64,000 bases of DNA from Candidatus Multivoradales bacterium (GTDB lineage Bacteria > Acidobacteriota > Thermoanaerobaculia > Multivoradales > JAHEKO01), in assembly GCA_965223855.1 (NCBI GenBank), contig CBDCXM010000008.1:288001-352000 (forward strand), written 5' to 3'. The position numbers were made by a program, and so were the translations under genes. Every line of letters starts with the position of its first letter. Position 1 is the stretch's first letter. The notes below the pieces were generated by a model. That model did not search any database and was not told the DNA's origin. It was given only the letters and a program-made list of their open reading frames with translations. Shown one piece after another: positions 28,757 through 38,973 of this stretch.

Positions 28757-31467
28757 GGGCCAGCGTACTCGGATTGCAGGCGTGGAGCGCCCTCGGGGCT
28801 CTGCTTCCGACGCTCCTCGGTTGCTCTTCGGACCAAGGCGAGCGGCGGACCCGATGGCGGCTGATCGACGCCGCCCGGACGCAGACGGTCGAGTCGCCCC
28901 TGCTCGCGCGAGAGCCGGTCTCCGAGCCTCGAGTGGTCGATCATCTGGTCCTCGACCGTGCGGCACTGGGCTCGATCCTCGACCGCAGCTCGAGCCAACC
29001 GAGGGGCTGCGAGGTTCCGCCCACAGGCGACAGTCTCCTGTCCTGTCGAGGCTCCTTCCTCGCTCAGCTCGATTTCCCCGTCGAACCGAGTTCCCGCTAC
29101 CGCTTCGCCGCGCTGGTCGCTCCGGAAGGCGGCGGTGGGAGCGGCTGCGCCGACTTCGTCCTGCAGGAGTTTCGGCAGGCGGGAGTGCCTCTCGCCCGAG
29201 GAAGCACCGACGGCGGCGTCGCCCTCGCCGCCGACTTCCTGACCGGATACTCCAGCCGCACCCTGCGCTTCGTCACCCGCTCCTCGAGAAGCGACTGCCA
29301 GATCCGCCTCGACCGTCTGGCGCTCGAACGGCTCGAAGTAGAGCGCTCCGACCTCGTGGCGCGGCTCCTCGCCGAGCCCGTAGAGCTCGACCCGGCGATG
29401 CCGGCGGCCAGGCGGGGTTTCTTCCTTCCGGTGGGCGAGGTGACGAAGGCGCGTCCTCCCTTCGAGGACAACTTCTCCGCGCGCGAGGTGCTCGTCGCGA
29501 TGCCGCCGACGAGATTCTCGGCCCGGCTGGTCGTCCCCGACGCAGGGAGGTTCGAGACGGCCTGGGGCTTCCACCGCTTCTCCACCCCCGGTGCGGCGGC
29601 CGACGTGCGCGTCGAGATCGCCGATTCGGAAGAGCGGATCACGCTCTTCGAGCGCACGCTCGAGGTGGCGCCGGCGACCTGGCACTGGCACGAGCTCACC
29701 CTCGACCTCACGCCATGGGCGGGACGATCGGTCACGCTCGATCTCGTGACCGAGGCGAGCGATCGCGGCGGCGCCGGTGAAGCGATCGTGCTCTGGTCCC
29801 AGCCAGCCGTGTCGGGCGCGGCCGAGGGTGACCGGCGACCCAACGTGGTGCTGGTCGCGATCGACACGCTGCGCGCCGACCGCCTCTCCCACACAGGGAC
29901 CGACCACGCGAAGACCGTCGCGATCGACGACCTCGCCGAACGGGCGATGACTTTCCGGCGCGCCTATTCGACGAGCAACTGGACGCTGCCGGCGTTCGCC
30001 TCGATCTTCACCGGCACCGTCGTCCAGAACCACGGAGTGCTCGAGTTCGGCGACCGTATCCCGCCGCGGCTGCCGACCCTCGCCGAGCGCTTCCGTGACG
30101 CCGGCTGGCGCACGGCCGCCGTGGTCATCAAGCCGACTCTCTACATGGGCAGCGGTATGGAGCGTGGCTTCGAGGACTACTTCAACCTGCCGCTCGGCTC
30201 GGTGGTCGGGACTCGCAACCTCTCGAAGGCGTCCGGATGGCTCGAGCGCCACCACGACGAGCGCTTCTTCCTGTTCGTGCACTTCAACGATCCGCACCAG
30301 CCGTTCACCCATCCGGACGACGCGGTCTCGGCCGACAGCCGCCGGCAGCTCGAGCACCTGGGGATCGAGCTGCCCGTCAACTTCGAACGCGCCTGGGAGG
30401 CCTGCCGCGAGTGCCGGGAGGACCCCGAGCTCGACCGGGCGTGGAAGCGACTCGGGCGCCAGCTCTACGACGAGGAGGTGGAGTTCGTCGACCGGCAGAT
30501 CGGGCGCTTGCTGGCGGAGATCGAGGCGCTCGGACTGGCGGACGACACCGTGATCGCGCTGGTGTCCGACCATGGGGAGACGCTGTGGGAGAACTACGAC
30601 ACCTACGGGCACGGCGGCCGGGGGCACCACGACAATCTCGTGAAGGTGCCGATGATGGTCTATCGACCCGGGGCCACCCCGCTGGCGGTCGAGCAGCCGG
30701 TGTCGGTGCTCGAACTCGCACCCACCCTGCTCGAGCTGGCGGGAATCGAGGGCGACCGCGATCGGTTCGACGGCACCTCCCTCACCCGCTTCGCGCGGGG
30801 CTCGACCGACGAAGAGACGACCGTCTTCACCTACGGCAGTGAGGGCGAATCGGCGCGCCGGGGCGAGTGGGTCTATCGGCGAGAGATCGTGCCGGGGCGC
30901 GACGCGCCGGAGGGGCTCTTCGCACTCGACGCCGCCGAGCCCGACCCCGAGGACAGACGAGCCGAACACCCGGAGATCTTCGAGTCTCTGCGCGCCGAGG
31001 CGGTCACGCGCAGCCTGACTTCCGGCGACTCCGGGATCGTCGTGCTGGCGACCACCGAGAAGGACTCAGACTGCGCCATCTCGCTCACGAGCGCGGGAGA
31101 GACCCGGTGGAACCTCATCGCGCCGTATGGGGTCCCTCTCCGGAGGGGTGACTCAGGAGCCCCTTCGACCTGGGAGTTCGCAGGTCGCACCGCGGGGCGG
31201 CTCGCGCTGGCGGTCAAGGGACGGATCGAAGGGGGGACCGTGCTCGACGTGGACGCCACCGGGTGTGGTCTCGGCGCCGAGAGCCTGGCCGTGAAACAGA
31301 TCGAGCGCGCGGATCCTCGCGCCGTGGTGGCGCGGCTTCTCGGAGACTCCAGAAACAGGCTGGCGGTGTTCCGGCACGAGACCGCCAGGGGCGACGACGC
31401 AGGCCTCAGGGGCGAACTCGACCCTCAGCAACTCGAAGCGCTGCGCGCCCTCGGCTATCTCGACTGA
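28753..31467 (+). CDS. Large sulfatase-like/alkaline phosphatase superfamily protein
   Basis: IDTLRADRL, WTLPAFASIFTG, HFNDPH, SDHGE, terminal LRALGY. Confidence 0.85.
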   Translation: MRASVLGLQAWSALGALLPTLLGCSSDQGERRTRWRLIDAARTQTVESPLLAREPVSEPRVVDHLVLDRAALGSILDRSSSQPRGCEVPPTGDSLLSCRGSFLAQLDFPVEPSSRYRFAALVAPEGGGGSGCADFVLQEFRQAGVPLARGSTDGGVALAADFLTGYSSRTLRFVTRSSRSDCQIRLDRLALERLEVERSDLVARLLAEPVELDPAMPAARRGFFLPVGEVTKARPPFEDNFSAREVLVAMPPTRFSARLVVPDAGRFETAWGFHRFSTPGAAADVRVEIADSEERITLFERTLEVAPATWHWHELTLDLTPWAGRSVTLDLVTEASDRGGAGEAIVLWSQPAVSGAAEGDRRPNVVLVAIDTLRADRLSHTGTDHAKTVAIDDLAERAMTFRRAYSTSNWTLPAFASIFTGTVVQNHGVLEFGDRIPPRLPTLAERFRDAGWRTAAVVIKPTLYMGSGMERGFEDYFNLPLGSVVGTRNLSKASGWLERHHDERFFLFVHFNDPHQPFTHPDDAVSADSRRQLEHLGIELPVNFERAWEACRECREDPELDRAWKRLGRQLYDEEVEFVDRQIGRLLAEIEALGLADDTVIALVSDHGETLWENYDTYGHGGRGHHDNLVKVPMMVYRPGATPLAVEQPVSVLELAPTLLELAGIEGDRDRFDGTSLTRFARGSTDEETTVFTYGSEGESARRGEWVYRREIVPGRDAPEGLFALDAAEPDPEDRRAEHPEIFESLRAEAVTRSLTSGDSGIVVLATTEKDSDCAISLTSAGETRWNLIAPYGVPLRRGDSGAPSTWEFAGRTAGRLALAVKGRIEGGTVLDVDATGCGLGAESLAVKQIERADPRAVVARLLGDSRNRLAVFRHETARGDDAGLRGELDPQQLEALRALGYLD

Positions 31468-31494
31468 CGAGCGGGGGGACGGGAGAGATTCGCG

Positions 31495-32481
31495 TCACTC
31501 CTCGGAGTCGTCCGTCGACTCCGAGGGCCTGGCGGCCTCCACGGAGCGAGCGAACTCGGCGCCGGAGACCGGGCGACGGCCCGGCCGCTGCACCGTGCGG
31601 ACGGCGAGGACGGTCCCCCCACCGCAGGCCATCAGCAGCGACTTGCCCTCGATTCCGAGGACCGAGCCGGCCTCGCTGCTGCGCCCGCCCGACCCGGCCG
31701 GCGCCGGCACGACCTCGATCAGCTTCAACCTCTCCCCCTCCCACTCGACCGTCACACCGGGCCAAGGGGTATAGGCGCGCCAGCGGTCGTACAGCTCGTC
31801 GGCGGTGAGGGACCAGGCGACGACGCCGTCTTCACGACTCAGCCGGGGTGCGTAGCTCGCCGCCTCGTGGTCCTGTGGCTCCGGCGTGATGAGGTCGAAC
31901 TCGAGACGATCGACGGTCTCGACGAGAAGGTCCGCCCCGAGCTCGGCGAGGCGGAAGGACAGCTCCTCCGCCGTCTCCCTGCGACCGATCCTCGTCTCCT
32001 TGCGCAGCAACATCGGCCCGGTGTCGAGGCCGGGCTCCAGCTGCATCGTCGTCACGCCGGTCACACGATCACCGTTGGCGATCGCCGCCTGAATCGGCGC
32101 GGCGCCGCGGTAGCGCGGGAGGAGCGAAGCGTGAACGTTGACGAAGCCAAGCCGCGGCACCTCGAGCATCCGGCGGGTCAGGAGCTCACCGTAGGCGACC
32201 ACCACGCACAGATCCGGCTCGAGCTCCTCGATCGCCTTGCGGAACGACGGCGTTCTCGTCTTCTCGGGCTGCACGACGTCGAGGCCTGCGCGGCGGGCCC
32301 AGGCCGCAACCGGTGGATCCACCACCTCCTGGCGCCGACCGACGGGCCGGGCCGGCTGGCTGACGACGAGACGCGGCCGGCGCCCCACGTCGCACAGCGC
32401 CTGAAGGCTCGGCACGGCAAAGGCCGGGGTGCCGAAGAACACTAGAGACTCGATGGCCTCGAACGGGGGGCGCTCGCTCAA
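31495..32481 (-). CDS. fmt: Methionyl-tRNA formyltransferase
   Basis: FFGTPAFA, NVHASLLPRYRGAAPI, LDTG. Confidence 0.95.
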   Translation of the reverse strand: MSERPPFEAIESLVFFGTPAFAVPSLQALCDVGRRPRLVVSQPARPVGRRQEVVDPPVAAWARRAGLDVVQPEKTRTPSFRKAIEELEPDLCVVVAYGELLTRRMLEVPRLGFVNVHASLLPRYRGAAPIQAAIANGDRVTGVTTMQLEPGLDTGPMLLRKETRIGRRETAEELSFRLAELGADLLVETVDRLEFDLITPEPQDHEAASYAPRLSREDGVVAWSLTADELYDRWRAYTPWPGVTVEWEGERLKLIEVVPAPAGSGGRSSEAGSVLGIEGKSLLMACGGGTVLAVRTVQRPGRRPVSGAEFARSVEAARPSESTDDSEE

Positions 32482-32499
32482 CGTCGCTCCGAACCGATC

Positions 32500-34863
32500 T
32501 CAGACGCCCTCGCGGGCTCGATCGATCTCCTCGAAGTAGTCGGGACCGACGAGAACCTCGCGTGGTTTCGAACCCTGCGGCGGTCCGAGGAGACCGTCCT
32601 GCTCCATCAGGTCGATCAGCCGGGCGGCCCGGGAGAAACCGACTCTGAGGCGTCGCTGAAGGAAGCTGGCCGAGGCCTTGCGCTCGGCGATCACCAGGCG
32701 CGCCGCCTCTTCGAACATCTCGTCGTCGCCATCGCCGTCGCCACCGCCGCCGCGCTTCTCCTGCGGCGCCTCGAGCACCGACGGGTCGAGTTCCGGAGGC
32801 CCCTGCTTCTTGAGCCAGCGCACCAGTGCCGCCGTCTCCTGCTCACTGACGTAGGCGCCGTGAAGCCGGATCGGGCGTGACGTGCCCGGCGGCATGAAGA
32901 GCATGTCGCCCCTGCCCAGCAGACGCTCGGCGCCGACCGCATCGAGGATCGTCCGCGAGTCGTGACGGGTCGCGGTCGCGTAGGCGACACGGCACGGGAA
33001 GTTCGCCTTGATCGTGCCGGTCAGCACGTCGACCGACGGACGCTGAGTGGCGATGATCAGGTGGATGCCGACGGCGCGTGCCATCTGCGCGAGCCTGGCG
33101 ATCGACGCCTCGACGTCGGAGGCGGCGACCATCATCAGGTCGGCGAGCTCGTCGATGATGATGACGTAGTACGGCAGCGGCTGCAGATCGCCGGCGTCGA
33201 ACTCGCCCTCGTCTTCGTTGAGCGACAGGCGCTTCTGTACCTCGGGATCGCCGATCGCCCGGTTGTAGAAGTCGATCGACCGCACGTGGACCTCCGCCAG
33301 CAGGCGGTAACGACGCTCCATCTCCGCCACCGCCCACCGCAGCGCGTTCGAGGCCTTCTTCGGCTCGACGACCACCTCCGTCTTGAGGTGTGGGATGTCT
33401 TTGTACGCGCCGAGCTCGATCCGCTTCGGATCGATGAAGATGAACTGAACGTCCTCGCGGCGGGACTTGTAGAGGATCGAGGTGATCATGCTCTGCAGCC
33501 CGACGCTCTTGCCCGCGCCGGTGGCGCCGGCGACGAGCAGATGGGGCGCCGTGGCGAGGTCGGCGTAGTAGGGCTCGCCGTGGATCGTCGTGCCCAGCGC
33601 CATCGTCAGAGGCGAAGGCGCCTTGGAGAACTTCCGGTCCGCCAGCAGCCAACCCAGTCGGATCACGGAGCGTTCGTCGTTCGGCACCTCGATGCCGAGC
33701 GTCGAGCGGCCGGCGAGCCGGTCGATGCGCACCGACTCCGCCTTGAGCGCCAACGCCAGGTCGTCCTGCAGGTTGACGATCTGGCTCACCTTCACGCCGG
33801 GGGCGGGCTGGAACTCGTAGACGGTGATCACCGGCCCGGGGCTGATTCCCTCGACGGTCCCCTCGACACCGAACTCGAGGCAGCGCTGGCGAATCGCCTC
33901 GCCCAACCGGATGAGCTCGTCCTCGTCGATCGCCGGCTGGACCGCCTCCGAGCGCAGGAGATCGAGCGGCGGCAGCGCACCCTTGGGCGCTTTGCCGCCA
34001 GACGGGAAGTCGATCCTGCTTTGAGAAGCGGGCTTCTTTCTCGTCGGCGCCGGCTTCGATGCGGTCTCTGCCGCGACGGGAGCGGGGATCGCCGGCACCT
34101 CGTCCTCGACCGCCTCCGTCACCTTGCGCACGGCGAAACGGCCCTTGCCGCTCATCTCCTCGACGCGAAGCGGCAGGTCCGGCTCCACCCTCTCGACCGG
34201 CTGAGGGTCTCCCTCCAGCTCGGCTTCGGCCGGCTTGCGATGCTTCGCCACGACCCGCTCGCGCATCTTCTCTTTCTCGCGCTTCTCACGGCTGCGGGCT
34301 CGCCGCAGCACCATCGCCTGCCAGGCGCCCTGCAGCCGGTCGCGCCAGGCGGCGAGCAGTTCGCCGAGCGTCGACTGGACGAGCAAAGCGCCGCCCACCA
34401 CGACCGCGGCGAGGAGGAGGAACAGGGCGCCGGTGAACCCGAGGAACCTCTGGACCCCGCCACCGAGCAGATCGCCGACCAGACCGCCCACCCGCAGCAC
34501 CTCGCCGCGCCAACTCACCGACTCGAGGATGATCGCCAGCAGCGCCGGCAGACTCGTCAGCAGGATCGCCGCTCCCAGTCCGCGACCGACGACCTTCTCG
34601 TCACCCTGGCGGCGCACGAAGCGCCAGGCGTTCCACAGCAGCAAAGCCGGGAGCAGCAGGATCGTCAGGCCGAGGAAGCCGTAGCCGGCAGCGGCGATCT
34701 CCGCGCCGAACGGACCGATCAGGTTGCGCACCGGTACCGACTCGGTCGACTGGTAGAGGAAGCTCGGGTCGTCGGGCCGGTACGACAGCAGAGCGCACGC
34801 CAGCAGGATCGCCGCCAGCAGCAGCACCAGCCCGATCAGCTCGCGCGTCTTGTCGGGCGACAT
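32500..34863 (-). CDS. ftsK: DNA translocase FtsK
   Basis: N-terminal 4TM region, PHLLVAGATGAGKS, IDELADLMM, ATQRPS, gamma domain QRRLRVGF. Confidence 0.96.
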   Translation of the reverse strand: MSPDKTRELIGLVLLLAAILLACALLSYRPDDPSFLYQSTESVPVRNLIGPFGAEIAAAGYGFLGLTILLLPALLLWNAWRFVRRQGDEKVVGRGLGAAILLTSLPALLAIILESVSWRGEVLRVGGLVGDLLGGGVQRFLGFTGALFLLLAAVVVGGALLVQSTLGELLAAWRDRLQGAWQAMVLRRARSREKREKEKMRERVVAKHRKPAEAELEGDPQPVERVEPDLPLRVEEMSGKGRFAVRKVTEAVEDEVPAIPAPVAAETASKPAPTRKKPASQSRIDFPSGGKAPKGALPPLDLLRSEAVQPAIDEDELIRLGEAIRQRCLEFGVEGTVEGISPGPVITVYEFQPAPGVKVSQIVNLQDDLALALKAESVRIDRLAGRSTLGIEVPNDERSVIRLGWLLADRKFSKAPSPLTMALGTTIHGEPYYADLATAPHLLVAGATGAGKSVGLQSMITSILYKSRREDVQFIFIDPKRIELGAYKDIPHLKTEVVVEPKKASNALRWAVAEMERRYRLLAEVHVRSIDFYNRAIGDPEVQKRLSLNEDEGEFDAGDLQPLPYYVIIIDELADLMMVAASDVEASIARLAQMARAVGIHLIIATQRPSVDVLTGTIKANFPCRVAYATATRHDSRTILDAVGAERLLGRGDMLFMPPGTSRPIRLHGAYVSEQETAALVRWLKKQGPPELDPSVLEAPQEKRGGGGDGDGDDEMFEEAARLVIAERKASASFLQRRLRVGFSRAARLIDLMEQDGLLGPPQGSKPREVLVGPDYFEEIDRAREGV

Positions 34864-34946
34864 GCGCGGCTTGCCGCCGCTCCCTTTCCTCTTCGATGCG
34901 GTCAGTGCTAAATCCCCTTCAATACAGGGTTTTCGAACCTCTCACT

Positions 34947-35822
34947 CTATACGTTCGCAGACGCCGACAAAAGCGCCTGAAACGCCTCGAGAGAAAGCTC
35001 TTCGGCCCTCGTGGTGGCAGGCAGGCCGACCTCTTCGAGCACGGCCTCCACGACCTTCCTCGGTCGCCACCCGTCGAGAGAGTTTCGCAGGGTCTTGCGG
35101 CGGCGACCGAAAGCGGCGTGCACCAGTTCGCGCAGCGCAGCGTAGTCTGCGGCCGGAGTCGCGAGCGGCTCCAGACCGACGAAGGCGCTCTCGACCTTCG
35201 GCGGCGGATGGAAGCTGCCCGGACGCACCCGTCCCAGCAGGACGCATCGCGCCCGTGCCCGCGTGAGAATCGACAGAGCTCCGTAGTCGGCATCACCGAC
35301 GTCGGCCGCCAGTCGGCGCGCGACCTCGAGTTGCACGAGGAAGCCGGAGCGCGGGAACCGCTTCCCCTGATCGAGCACCGCGTCGAGGATCGGCGTGGCG
35401 ACGTTGTAGGGCAGGTTCCCGGTCACGAGATGTCCCCTCGGAACCCTTCCCCAGGGCAGCTCGAGAGCGTCTCCGACGACGATGTCGAGGGCGGCGGCGC
35501 CGAGGCGGCGCCTCAACTCGAGCGCCCAGCGGAGATCGAGCTCCCAGCCGAGGATCGTCGCACCGGCTGCGACCAGTGCGCGGGTCAGCACTCCGCCTCC
35601 AGGACCGACCTCCAGAGCCGTGCGGCCGGCCGGCGACAGAAAGTCCACCAGCGGCCGGCACAGCGCCGGGTCGCGCAGGTGGTGCTGACCCAGGGCCTTT
35701 CTGAGAGCAGGGGCTTTCCTGAGAGCTCGGCCTTTCCTCCCGGCCTGGCCCCTGGCGGGATTCGAGCGGCCCAGCGGCGAGGAGTCGCCGCTCGTCGATC
35801 GACGGTCGCGAGATCGCTTCAC
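34947..35822 (-). CDS. rsmA: 16S rRNA dimethyladenosine transferase
   Basis: LGQH, EVGPGGG, GNLPYN, FHPPPKVES, RRKTLRN. Confidence 0.92.
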   Translation of the reverse strand: MKRSRDRRSTSGDSSPLGRSNPARGQAGRKGRALRKAPALRKALGQHHLRDPALCRPLVDFLSPAGRTALEVGPGGGVLTRALVAAGATILGWELDLRWALELRRRLGAAALDIVVGDALELPWGRVPRGHLVTGNLPYNVATPILDAVLDQGKRFPRSGFLVQLEVARRLAADVGDADYGALSILTRARARCVLLGRVRPGSFHPPPKVESAFVGLEPLATPAADYAALRELVHAAFGRRRKTLRNSLDGWRPRKVVEAVLEEVGLPATTRAEELSLEAFQALLSASANV

Positions 35823-35986
35823 TCGCCGACCCTACTCTGTCCGGCCAGGGCCGTTCGTCTCCCTGCAAAGCCGGCCTCGAGGCCCGAAGCCGCAGCCCAT
35901 GGACGGGCACGGCGCGAGAAGCGCCAATTTGGCCGCTTTTCCGGGGCCTGACGGCACGCCACGCGGCTCCACGCCTGCCCTGGCGC

Positions 35987-36002
35987 TGGCACTGCCCTTG
36001 CA
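35987..36002 (+). promoter_or_regulatory. Sigma-54 (-24/-12) promoter
   Basis: TGGCAC-TGCCC-TTGCA, about 55 bp before the moxR ATG. Confidence 0.75.
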
Positions 36003-36056
36003 GCCTTCAAACCGGATCGACGAGGCGAGCCGATCGCCAGAAGGAGGATCGTCACC

Positions 36057-37064
36057 ATGACTACCGACACCACCACGGCGCCGGACACAGGGCAACTGAC
36101 CGAACGGGTCGAGCGCGACAGCCTCGTTCTGCGCGAGGTCGAAGACGAACTGCGCAAGGTCATCGTCGGCCAGGACTACCTGGTCGAGCGTCTCCTGGTC
36201 GGCCTGCTCGTGCGCGGCCATCTGCTGATCGAGGGCGTCCCCGGGCTGGCGAAGACCCTCGCCGTCAAGACCCTCGCGCGCACCCTGCAGGTCGACTTCC
36301 AGCGGGTGCAGTTCACCCCCGATCTCCTCCCCGCCGACCTCCTCGGCACCCTGATCTACGATCAGCGACACGGCGACTTCACCCCGCGCAAGGGGCCGCT
36401 CTTCACCAACCTGCTGCTCGCCGACGAAATCAACCGCGCACCGGCGAAGGTGCAGTCGGCGCTGCTCGAGTCGATGGAGGAACGCCAGATCACCCTCGGC
36501 GACACGACCTACTCGCTCGACGACCCGTTCATGGTGATGGCGACCCAGAACCCTCTCGAGCAGGAGGGGACCTATCCGCTCGCCGAGGCGCAGGTCGATC
36601 GCTTCACCCTCAAGCTCAAGCTCGACTATCCGAGCCGCAGCGACGAGGAGGCGATCCTCGATCGGATGCTGGTCGAGCGGGAGTTCGACGTGAGGGCAAT
36701 CCTCGATCCGCTTCGCCTCGCCGAGTTGCGCAACCTCGCCGACGCGATCTACCTCGACCAGAAAATGAAGGGCTACATCCTCGACCTCATCGAGGCGACG
36801 CGGAATCCGAGGAGCTCCGGCTGCGCCGATCTCGCCGACCTCATCTCATTCGGCGCCTCACCGCGAGCGACCCTTTTCCTCGCCCGAAGCGCCAAGGCGA
36901 TCGCGCTGCTGCGGGGAAGGGGCTTCGTCATCCCGGAGGACGTCAAGGAGATCGCCGCGGACGTCCTGCGGCACCGGATCGTCCCGACCTACGAGGCCGA
37001 GGCGGAGGAGGTGTCGAGCGACGAGCTGGTCGAGCGCATCCTCGATCGCATCGAGATCCCCTGA
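36057..37064 (+). CDS. moxR: MoxR-family AAA+ ATPase
   Basis: EGVPGLAKT, QFTPDLLPAD, DEINRA, ATQNP. Confidence 0.94.
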   Translation: MTTDTTTAPDTGQLTERVERDSLVLREVEDELRKVIVGQDYLVERLLVGLLVRGHLLIEGVPGLAKTLAVKTLARTLQVDFQRVQFTPDLLPADLLGTLIYDQRHGDFTPRKGPLFTNLLLADEINRAPAKVQSALLESMEERQITLGDTTYSLDDPFMVMATQNPLEQEGTYPLAEAQVDRFTLKLKLDYPSRSDEEAILDRMLVEREFDVRAILDPLRLAELRNLADAIYLDQKMKGYILDLIEATRNPRSSGCADLADLISFGASPRATLFLARSAKAIALLRGRGFVIPEDVKEIAADVLRHRIVPTYEAEAEEVSSDELVERILDRIEIP

Positions 37065-37098
37065 ACCGGGGTTCCCCGAGCCCGACCCGAGAGTTGCC

Positions 37099-38004
37099 AT
37101 GAGACCGGCTGCCGCCCCCCGCTCCCGGCCCGCTCTGCCCGCCGACCTGATGAGGAAGGTGCGACGGATCGAGATCTCGACCCGCAGGCTGGTCGACGAG
37201 GGAGTCGCCGGCGAGTATCACTCCGTCTTCAAGGGGCGCGGCCTCGAGTTCGCCGAGGTGCGGCCCTACCAGCCCGGAGACGACGTGCGGACGATCGACT
37301 GGAACGTCACCGCGCGGATGGACGCTCCCTACGTCAAGCAGTACGTCGAATCGCGAGATCTCACGGTCTTCGTCGTCGTCGACGTCTCGGGCTCTCAGAA
37401 CTTCGGCTCACGCGCCATCCTCAAGCGCGAACAGGCGGCCGAGATCGCCGCGCTCCTGAGCTTTGCGGCTTTGCGCAACCAGGACCGGGTGGGAGCCGCC
37501 CTCGTCACCGACCGGCTCGAGATGTTCCTCCCTCCGAGGCGCAGCCGTACCCACGTGCTGCGAGCGGTGAGGGAGATCCTCGCCAGGCAGGGCGACGGCC
37601 TGACCGATCTCGACGCTGCGATACCCGCCGTGCTGCGCAATCTCAAGCAGCGCGCGGTCCTCTTTTTGATCTCCGATTTCGTCCAGACGCCGTTCTCCGA
37701 AGCGCTCAAGGCGGCCGCCGCACGCCACGACCTGGTGACGGTGCGGGTGGTCGATCCACGTGACCTGACTCTCCCCGCCGTCGGACCGGTGCCGGTGCGT
37801 GACGAGGAGACCGGCAAGCTCGCCGTCCTGTCGGGCCGCCGCTGGCAACGCCGTTGGGCGAAGCAACGCCGTGCCGAAGGCGAAGAGCTGCAACGGTGGA
37901 CCCGCCGGCTCGGCATCGACCACCTCGAACTTCGAACCGACCGCCCGTATCTCGCGCCGCTCGTAGCGTTCTTCGATCGTCGCCGCAGGAGGCTGGCGCG
38001 ATGA
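37099..38004 (+). CDS. DUF58 (VWA-like) protein
   Basis: GRGLEFAEVRPYQPGDDVRTIDWNVTAR, DVSGS. Confidence 0.92.
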   Translation: MRPAAAPRSRPALPADLMRKVRRIEISTRRLVDEGVAGEYHSVFKGRGLEFAEVRPYQPGDDVRTIDWNVTARMDAPYVKQYVESRDLTVFVVVDVSGSQNFGSRAILKREQAAEIAALLSFAALRNQDRVGAALVTDRLEMFLPPRRSRTHVLRAVREILARQGDGLTDLDAAIPAVLRNLKQRAVLFLISDFVQTPFSEALKAAAARHDLVTVRVVDPRDLTLPAVGPVPVRDEETGKLAVLSGRRWQRRWAKQRRAEGEELQRWTRRLGIDHLELRTDRPYLAPLVAFFDRRRRRLAR

Positions 38005-38945
38005 GACGCCCGCTCCTGGTGGCCTCGGCCGCCCTGGCGATGGTCTGCGCACCGTCCCTGTCCGCACAGACCGCCGAGGCGATCGGCACGCTGAGCTTCG
38101 AGGTTCTGCCTGGTGAGGTGACGCCCGGCGATCGACTCGAGGCGACGCTCGTCTTCGTGCCGGCGTCGGCACTCGATGCCCCGCCGAACTTCCCCGTCTG
38201 GGAGGAGCACTGGGGCGATGCCGAGATCCTCGAAGCCGGCCCTGTAGAGCAGGGCGAGGACGGCGGCTACCGTCAGCGCCTGTCGATGGTGCTCTTCGAG
38301 CCGGGGCTCGCCACACTGCCGGCACCGACCGTCGAGATCGCGCAGGACGGAGCGCTCGTCTCGGTCGCCGCCCGGCCGGCGATCATCGACGTGCGGTCGG
38401 TGCTGCCGCTCGAAGAGGAGAACCCTCAACCGCAACCGCCCGCCCCACCTCGCGCCCTGCCGGTGGGCGAGCGCTTCTGGTGGACCGCAGGGCTCCTCGC
38501 GGCGGCCTGCCTGCTGCTGGGCACTCTCGCCTGGCGTGCGGCGAAGCGGATCGGCGACACGCTCGCGGCGTTGCGACGGACGCCGATCGAGGCCTTCGAG
38601 TTCGCTCTCGAGCGCCTTCGTGGGGAGTCGGACGCGGCACGCGCCGCGACCGGTCTCAGCCTGGAGTTCCGGCGCTATCTGGGCCGTTCGCTCGGCTTCC
38701 CCGCGGCCGAAGGAACGACCAGCGAGATTCGCCGGGAGTTGCGCTCGCGGGGGCTGCCGGACGCGGTCGTCCGCCCCTCGCTCGATCTGCTGCAGGAGGC
38801 CGATCGGGTGAAGTTCGCGCGCGCGGCCATCACCTCTCAGCACGCCCGCACCCGCCTCGACGAGGCGGGCCGCCTGGCGCGCGACATCGAAGCGTGGCAG
38901 CAGCCGGTTGAGGTCGCGGCCGGCGAGGACGCGGAAGCCGCCTGA
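38001..38945 (+). CDS. Membrane-anchored hypothetical protein of the bat cluster
   Basis: Signal peptide, one TM helix, ADRVKFA motif typical of this operon position. Confidence 0.8.
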   Translation: MRRPLLVASAALAMVCAPSLSAQTAEAIGTLSFEVLPGEVTPGDRLEATLVFVPASALDAPPNFPVWEEHWGDAEILEAGPVEQGEDGGYRQRLSMVLFEPGLATLPAPTVEIAQDGALVSVAARPAIIDVRSVLPLEEENPQPQPPAPPRALPVGERFWWTAGLLAAACLLLGTLAWRAAKRIGDTLAALRRTPIEAFEFALERLRGESDAARAATGLSLEFRRYLGRSLGFPAAEGTTSEIRRELRSRGLPDAVVRPSLDLLQEADRVKFARAAITSQHARTRLDEAGRLARDIEAWQQPVEVAAGEDAEAA

Positions 38946-38973
38946 TGGGCCGCCTGATGGCAGGGGTCGACTG

